32,000 nucleotides of DNA from Acaryochloridaceae cyanobacterium VAR_48_metabat_390 (GTDB taxonomy: Bacteria; Cyanobacteriota; Cyanobacteriia; Thermosynechococcales; Thermosynechococcaceae), in NCBI GenBank assembly GCA_031422435.1, contig JANPLU010000048.1, positions 1-32,000 of the forward strand. Direction: 5' to 3'. Positions 27,889 through 32,000 of this stretch are shown piece by piece. Each line of letters opens with the position of its first letter. Within the stretch, counting starts at the first letter, position 1. Below the pieces are notes generated by a model. That model had not been told where the DNA came from and made no database searches. It saw only the letters and a list, made by a program, of their open reading frames with translations. The position numbers and the translations under genes were made by a program.

Positions 27889-27947
27889 GGGCGGGTTTTG
27901 CTGTTGTCGTTAGGCTAACGCAGGTTGATTTTGGGCTAAACCCGCCC
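27889..27947 (+). other. intercistronic inverted repeat between ndhD3 and cupA
   Basis: gggcgggttt ... aaacccgccc forms a perfect 10-bp stem enclosing about 39 nt. Confidence 0.5.
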
Positions 27948-27990
27948 CTACCGTCTCGACATTGAATGTATGACTTGGAGACATGCTGTT

Positions 27991-29286
27991 ATGCAAACCC
28001 TCGATAGACCCACAACCCTTCCACCCTCTACCCACGAATTTGCAGAAATTATCCATCGCTTAGAAGCAGGCGGTGCCATGCTGCCGGATTCCCCCGAAAA
28101 CCTCATGCAGATCATCGGCATCTACAAAGCCTACGCCGTACCGATGGACTTCTACTGGCGCGACCTGCTTTATATTGCCGAGAATGTCTTTCTCAACCCT
28201 TTACCGTTTTTCAAATACTTTCTGCCTCAAGAATACCTAGACCTTCACAACCACTACGCCGGAGACGATGCCGATCTGCGAATTTGGCGCGGGGAAGCAA
28301 CTGCTCACCCTGAGCTGCTTGAGTTTATGGAAAAAGGCGAAACAGGCAAAATGCCTAAGCTGTTTCATCACCTATTCCATGACCGCATCAACATGGAATT
28401 TGCCGAAGCCTGTATGCAGGCGATGCTCTGGCACGGACGCGACATGGGCTGGGGACAATTTGACGGCTACCTCGACAGCGATGAGTACCGCGCTAATGCC
28501 GATCGCGCTATCAAAGCCTACTTGAAGTACAACCCGCCGATGCTGGCACTGTACAAACTCTTCCCTGACATGTTTTTAGAGCAGTGCCGGATGATGTCCT
28601 ACACCGCCAACCTAGGCTTATTTTGGGAAGTGATGGCTCCTGTCTTCTTTGAAATGTCCGATATTTTCGATGAAGGTGGCTTTGCAGGCGTGCCTGATGC
28701 GATGAACTTTTTGGTGAACGGGATTTTTGCGATCGCAGGTCGCCCCATCTACCACCACGTTTATGTACGAGGCGAATGTTTTGAGATCATTCCCAAATCT
28801 AAGGGGTTTATGTGGCTGTACGAAGCCGCCCTCCCCTACGTCGAAGCCGTCTTTTATCGCACCGCCCCCTTCCGAGGCACCAAATCTTACAACGCCCAAG
28901 CCGGACAAGTGCCCACAGAGCAAAAAGACTTCCACTACGGCATTTTATACGCCGATGTGTTTCCGGTAGGCTCGGCAGGAATTCCGCCTACTTTACTGAT
29001 GCAGGATATGCTGCACTTCCTGCCGCCTTACCTAGTGGAATACTACCAGCAGCACTGTCGTGGCGAAGACGATATGCTAATCCAGCTTGGCATTACCTTT
29101 CAAAGATCGATGTATTGCGTTACTTCTGCGGTCATTCAGGCACTGCGACAGGCATTGCTATATCCATTGGATGATCCTAACCCTAAACATTTGATGGCAA
29201 ATCGTGCTTTTTTTGAAGCTCAGATCGATCGCTTTAAGCGACCTGAAGCACGGTTAAGGGATATTCAGGTGCAAAGCTATCGGTAA
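27991..29286 (+). CDS. cupA: CO2-hydration protein CupA (ChpY)
   Basis: ChpXY family blocks (PSTHEFAEIIHRLEAGGAML, PFFKYFLPQ). Its roughly 430-aa length fits CupA rather than the shorter CupB. The ATG at 27991 has GGAG 10 nt upstream; an alternative ATG lies at 27970. Confidence 0.8.
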   Translation: MQTLDRPTTLPPSTHEFAEIIHRLEAGGAMLPDSPENLMQIIGIYKAYAVPMDFYWRDLLYIAENVFLNPLPFFKYFLPQEYLDLHNHYAGDDADLRIWRGEATAHPELLEFMEKGETGKMPKLFHHLFHDRINMEFAEACMQAMLWHGRDMGWGQFDGYLDSDEYRANADRAIKAYLKYNPPMLALYKLFPDMFLEQCRMMSYTANLGLFWEVMAPVFFEMSDIFDEGGFAGVPDAMNFLVNGIFAIAGRPIYHHVYVRGECFEIIPKSKGFMWLYEAALPYVEAVFYRTAPFRGTKSYNAQAGQVPTEQKDFHYGILYADVFPVGSAGIPPTLLMQDMLHFLPPYLVEYYQQHCRGEDDMLIQLGITFQRSMYCVTSAVIQALRQALLYPLDDPNPKHLMANRAFFEAQIDRFKRPEARLRDIQVQSYR

Positions 29287-29303
29287 AATCCCCTCACCCC
29301 CAA

Positions 29304-29326
29304 CCCCTCTCCCAGTGGGAGAGGGG
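29304..29326 (+). repeat. G/C-rich hairpin repeat (cccctctccc-agt-gggagagggg) within a ccctcacccccaacccc context
   Basis: Perfect 10-bp stem. This sequence class is a common dispersed cyanobacterial intergenic repeat. Two further hairpins lie at 29412..29431 and 29444..29461. Confidence 0.6.
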
Positions 29327-29518
29327 AGCAAGATGGAGAGAAGCGTTCAAGCTTCATCTTCTTTGACTCTATCTTTAGCCACCCACCCAAGCACCCTTCT
29401 GGAGGGAGTTTGAGGGACGCAGCCGTCTCTCAATGGGGGGGCACGGGGGGCTAGTCCCCCGAAATTACACAACCCGTCAACCGAGCTACTCCATCAACCC
29501 AGCCACCCAATCAAAACC

Positions 29519-29920
29519 ATGCCCACCATCGTAGACATCGCCGTCAGCAACCCCTCCTTCAGCACCCTCGTCACCGCCGTCAGCGCCGCAGGCTTAGTCG
29601 AAACCCTCCAAAGCCCTGGCCCCTTCACCGTCTTCGCCCCCACCGACGAAGCCTTCGCCAAACTCCCCCCTGGCACCATCCAAACCCTAGTACAAAATAT
29701 TCCCCAGCTTTCCCGTATCCTGACCTTCCACGTTGTCTCTGGCAAATATACAAAAGCCGACCTAGCCCAACTCGGCACCGTTACCTCCATCGAAGGCTCC
29801 CCCATCAACATCGACTGCTCCGAAGGATTTGAAATCAAAAACGCTACCGTCATTGCTGCCGACATCGAAGCCGACAACGGCATCATTCACGTCATTGATA
29901 CTGTTATTTTGATGGGGTAG
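29519..29920 (+). CDS. cupS: fasciclin (FAS1/MPB70-like) domain protein without signal peptide, CupS candidate
   Basis: FAS1 motifs [10 protein letters not shown] and [10 protein letters not shown]. At 133 aa (~15 kDa) and directly downstream of cupA, it matches Synechocystis sll1735, which as I recall was annotated MPB70-like. Confidence 0.7.
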   Translation: MPTIVDIAVSNPSFSTLVTAVSAAGLVETLQSPGPFTVFAPTDEAFAKLPPGTIQTLVQNIPQLSRILTFHVVSGKYTKADLAQLGTVTSIEGSPINIDCSEGFEIKNATVIAADIEADNGIIHVIDTVILMG

Positions 29921-29959
29921 TCATGCCTTTAATCGCTAACACCAAACCGGAGAAAACCG

Positions 29960-31303
29960 ATGGGAAATTGGCCTGCGATCGCCGCCTCTACCATCTTCAT
30001 CAGCGTATTCGTCCTCATCATCACCGAGAAAACCCACTTGATGATTGCAGGGTTGTTGGGAGCCTTACTGTTGGTGATGCTCAATATTCTGTCGCTGCAA
30101 GAGGCAGTCGCCTACATTAGCCGCAGCCACGCCACCCTAGCGCTATTTCTAGGCGTGATGATTATGGTGCGCGTTTTCCAGCCCACCCGCATTTTTGAAT
30201 ATCTTGCCACCCAGATTGTCATTCTTGCCAAAGGTGAAGGAAAACGATTGCTGCTCGGCATTGTCGCCATTACGACCCCCATCTGTGCCGTTTTGCCCAA
30301 CGCCACCACCGTCATGCTGTTGGCTCCCCTCGTGCCAACCATGGCAGCAGAGCTAAACATTAACTTTGTGCCGCTGCTCATTTTAATGGTCTTTGTTGCC
30401 AACAGCGCTGGGCTGCTTACCCTCATTGGCGACCCTGCCACCTTTATCGTGGGCGATGCCGTTAATATTAGCTTTTTGGATTATTTAGGAAAGCTAAGCT
30501 TGGGTGGGGCAATCGCCATTCTTACCATTTTAGTGCTGCTGCCCAGACTCTTCCCGACGATTTGGCGAACTCAGCTAGAGCATCCCGAACAGCTCCCCAC
30601 CATCCAAATTCAGCATCGCCGAATGCTATTGCCGGGGGGCATTATTGTGGGTGCAGTCCTACTCTTTTTTGTCATTGGCGAACTGTTGCCAACGCCTATT
30701 TCTCCTGCAACCATTGCCCTTTTGGGGGCAACCTTGTGCCTGCTCCTGAGCCATCACAGCAAGACTAATTCCGTCCCAGATATTCTCAAGGACGTAGACT
30801 GGAGCACCCTGATTTTTTTCATGAGCATCTTCGTCCTGATTGGCGGACTTGAAAAAACGGGCGTTATTGCAGGAGCTTCCGGCATTCTTGCGGTGATTTT
30901 AGGTAAAAACATTGCCCTAGGGTCGATTCTGCTGCTGTTTACCGTAGGCATTCTATCTAGCCTCATTCCCAACATTCCCCTTGTGGTGGCGATGGTGCCT
31001 CTGCTGAAGCAGTATGTCGTCACCGTCGGCTTAGCCAGCCCCGCCATTTTAGACCCCAATTTTGAAGGGCAACTTCCCCCCGAAATTCTGCCGCTGTTTT
31101 ACGCCATGATGTACGGCGCAACCCTGGGCGGCAACGGTACCCTCGTGGGAGCATCTTCTAACATTGTGGCCGCAGGCATTGCAGAGCAGCACGGCAGGCA
31201 CATTTCGTTTCAAACTTTTTTGAAGTATGGCATCCCCGTCATGGTGTGTCAGCTCGTCACAGTCGGGCTATACGTCGTGGTGCGGTTTCTGGTTTTTCGC
31301 TAG
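29960..31303 (+). CDS. ArsB/NhaD-superfamily (SLC13-like) ion permease
   Basis: A 447-aa polytopic membrane protein whose two-halves architecture and sequence character are typical of ArsB/NhaD permeases. It starts 39 nt after cupS. Confidence 0.8.
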   Translation: MGNWPAIAASTIFISVFVLIITEKTHLMIAGLLGALLLVMLNILSLQEAVAYISRSHATLALFLGVMIMVRVFQPTRIFEYLATQIVILAKGEGKRLLLGIVAITTPICAVLPNATTVMLLAPLVPTMAAELNINFVPLLILMVFVANSAGLLTLIGDPATFIVGDAVNISFLDYLGKLSLGGAIAILTILVLLPRLFPTIWRTQLEHPEQLPTIQIQHRRMLLPGGIIVGAVLLFFVIGELLPTPISPATIALLGATLCLLLSHHSKTNSVPDILKDVDWSTLIFFMSIFVLIGGLEKTGVIAGASGILAVILGKNIALGSILLLFTVGILSSLIPNIPLVVAMVPLLKQYVVTVGLASPAILDPNFEGQLPPEILPLFYAMMYGATLGGNGTLVGASSNIVAAGIAEQHGRHISFQTFLKYGIPVMVCQLVTVGLYVVVRFLVFR

Positions 31304-31356
31304 TTCGGGAACCCGTACAGGTCTACAATTGCGAACCCCTGCGGCAGTCCAGTAAA

Positions 31357-31383
31357 TTAGCACTCAGGAGTAGAGAGTGCTAA
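31357..31383. promoter_or_regulatory. CIRCE element (HrcA operator)
   Basis: ttagcactc-aggagtaga-gagtgctaa is a perfect match to TTAGCACTC-N9-GAGTGCTAA. It lies 37 nt upstream of groES. Confidence 0.9.
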
Positions 31384-31419
31384 ACTCCGCAACTTTGGTC
31401 ATTAGGAGAATCAATAGAT

Positions 31420-31731
31420 ATGGCAGCAGTAACCCTTAGCGTATCCACCGTGAAGCCCCTGGGCGATCGCGTATTTGTAAAAGTCAGCGCTTCAGAAGAA
31501 AAGACCGCTGGCGGCATCTTGCTTCCCGATAACGCTAAAGAAAAGCCCCAAATCGGCGAAGTTGCCGCAGCAGGCCCTGGCAAGCGCAACGATGACGGTA
31601 CCCGTCAAGAACTCGAAATCAAGATTGGCGATAAAGTGCTGTACTCAAAGTATGCCGGAACCGACATCAAGCTCGGTGGCGACGAGTACGTCCTGCTTTC
31701 TGAAAAAGACATCTTGGCGATCGTAGACTAA
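31420..31731 (+). CDS. groES: co-chaperonin GroES
   Basis: [12 protein letters not shown]...[11 protein letters not shown]...[12 protein letters not shown]. Confidence 0.95.
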   Translation: MAAVTLSVSTVKPLGDRVFVKVSASEEKTAGGILLPDNAKEKPQIGEVAAAGPGKRNDDGTRQELEIKIGDKVLYSKYAGTDIKLGGDEYVLLSEKDILAIVD

Positions 31732-31805
31732 GCGCCACAAAATAGCGCGTGTTAAAACGCCGACCTGTTGAAGTAAAGACGATTGACTAGAGCACCCGAG
31801 GTTGA

Positions 31806-32000
<195 letters not shown>

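Noticed and set aside
29519-29920. Initial impression that cupS is missing and an unrelated fasciclin gene follows cupA
   Set aside because: CupS itself is a small, signal-less fasciclin/MPB70-like protein, and Synechocystis sll1735 was historically annotated that way. Size and position fit, so I call this ORF cupS instead.
29923-30120. 65-aa ORF starting right after cupS
   Set aside because: It is out of frame with, and overlapped by, the 447-aa permease gene, whose hydrophobic N-terminus is convincing. It has no motif of its own.

Overview
This is a chromosomal segment of a cyanobacterium. The diagnostic content is ado, gap2, NDH-1 CO2-uptake genes, CIRCE-groESL, and at least 36 copies of the HIP1 octamer GCGATCGC found by eye.

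Gene order: DUF721 Zn-ribbon protein, three small or unknown genes, pyrF, DUF29, tRNA-Arg(CCG), M23 peptidase, and a 128-aa ORF translationally coupled to an orphan C5-cytosine DNA methyltransferase. Next come ado (own terminator, no adjacent aar), a 0.78-kb non-coding spacer, DUF2949, a class-V aminotransferase, gap2, a glutaredoxin-like protein, a secreted unknown, moaD and a possible CRR6-like protein. A Fur-family regulator is followed in-frame by a C-terminal remnant of an RND efflux pump. Then come a ~1400-aa GAF-multiPAS-GGDEF-EAL sensor, vapBC, a Uma2 nuclease gene bracketed by ~67-nt direct repeats, and a fused radical-SAM protein. The window ends with a LysR (NdhR/CcmR-type) regulator, the operon ndhF3-[Tat-signal beta-carbonic anhydrase]-ndhD3-cupA-cupS, an ArsB/NhaD-type permease, and groES-groEL (5' part).

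Most noteworthy findings:
1. An exported beta-CA is embedded inside the NDH-1MS CO2-uptake operon.
2. Three perfect ATAG-N7-CTAT (T-N11-A) palindromes sit around the LysR gene and ndhF3 promoter, one of them inside a 15-bp hairpin.
3. The leader and start codon of the radical-SAM gene are duplicated on either side of the Uma2 gene.
4. ado is separated from aar by an orphan methyltransferase module.
5. An RND-pump remnant lies in-frame after fur.

I saw no CRISPR array, transposase, integrase or rRNA. All homology calls come from motif recognition by eye, not from searches.
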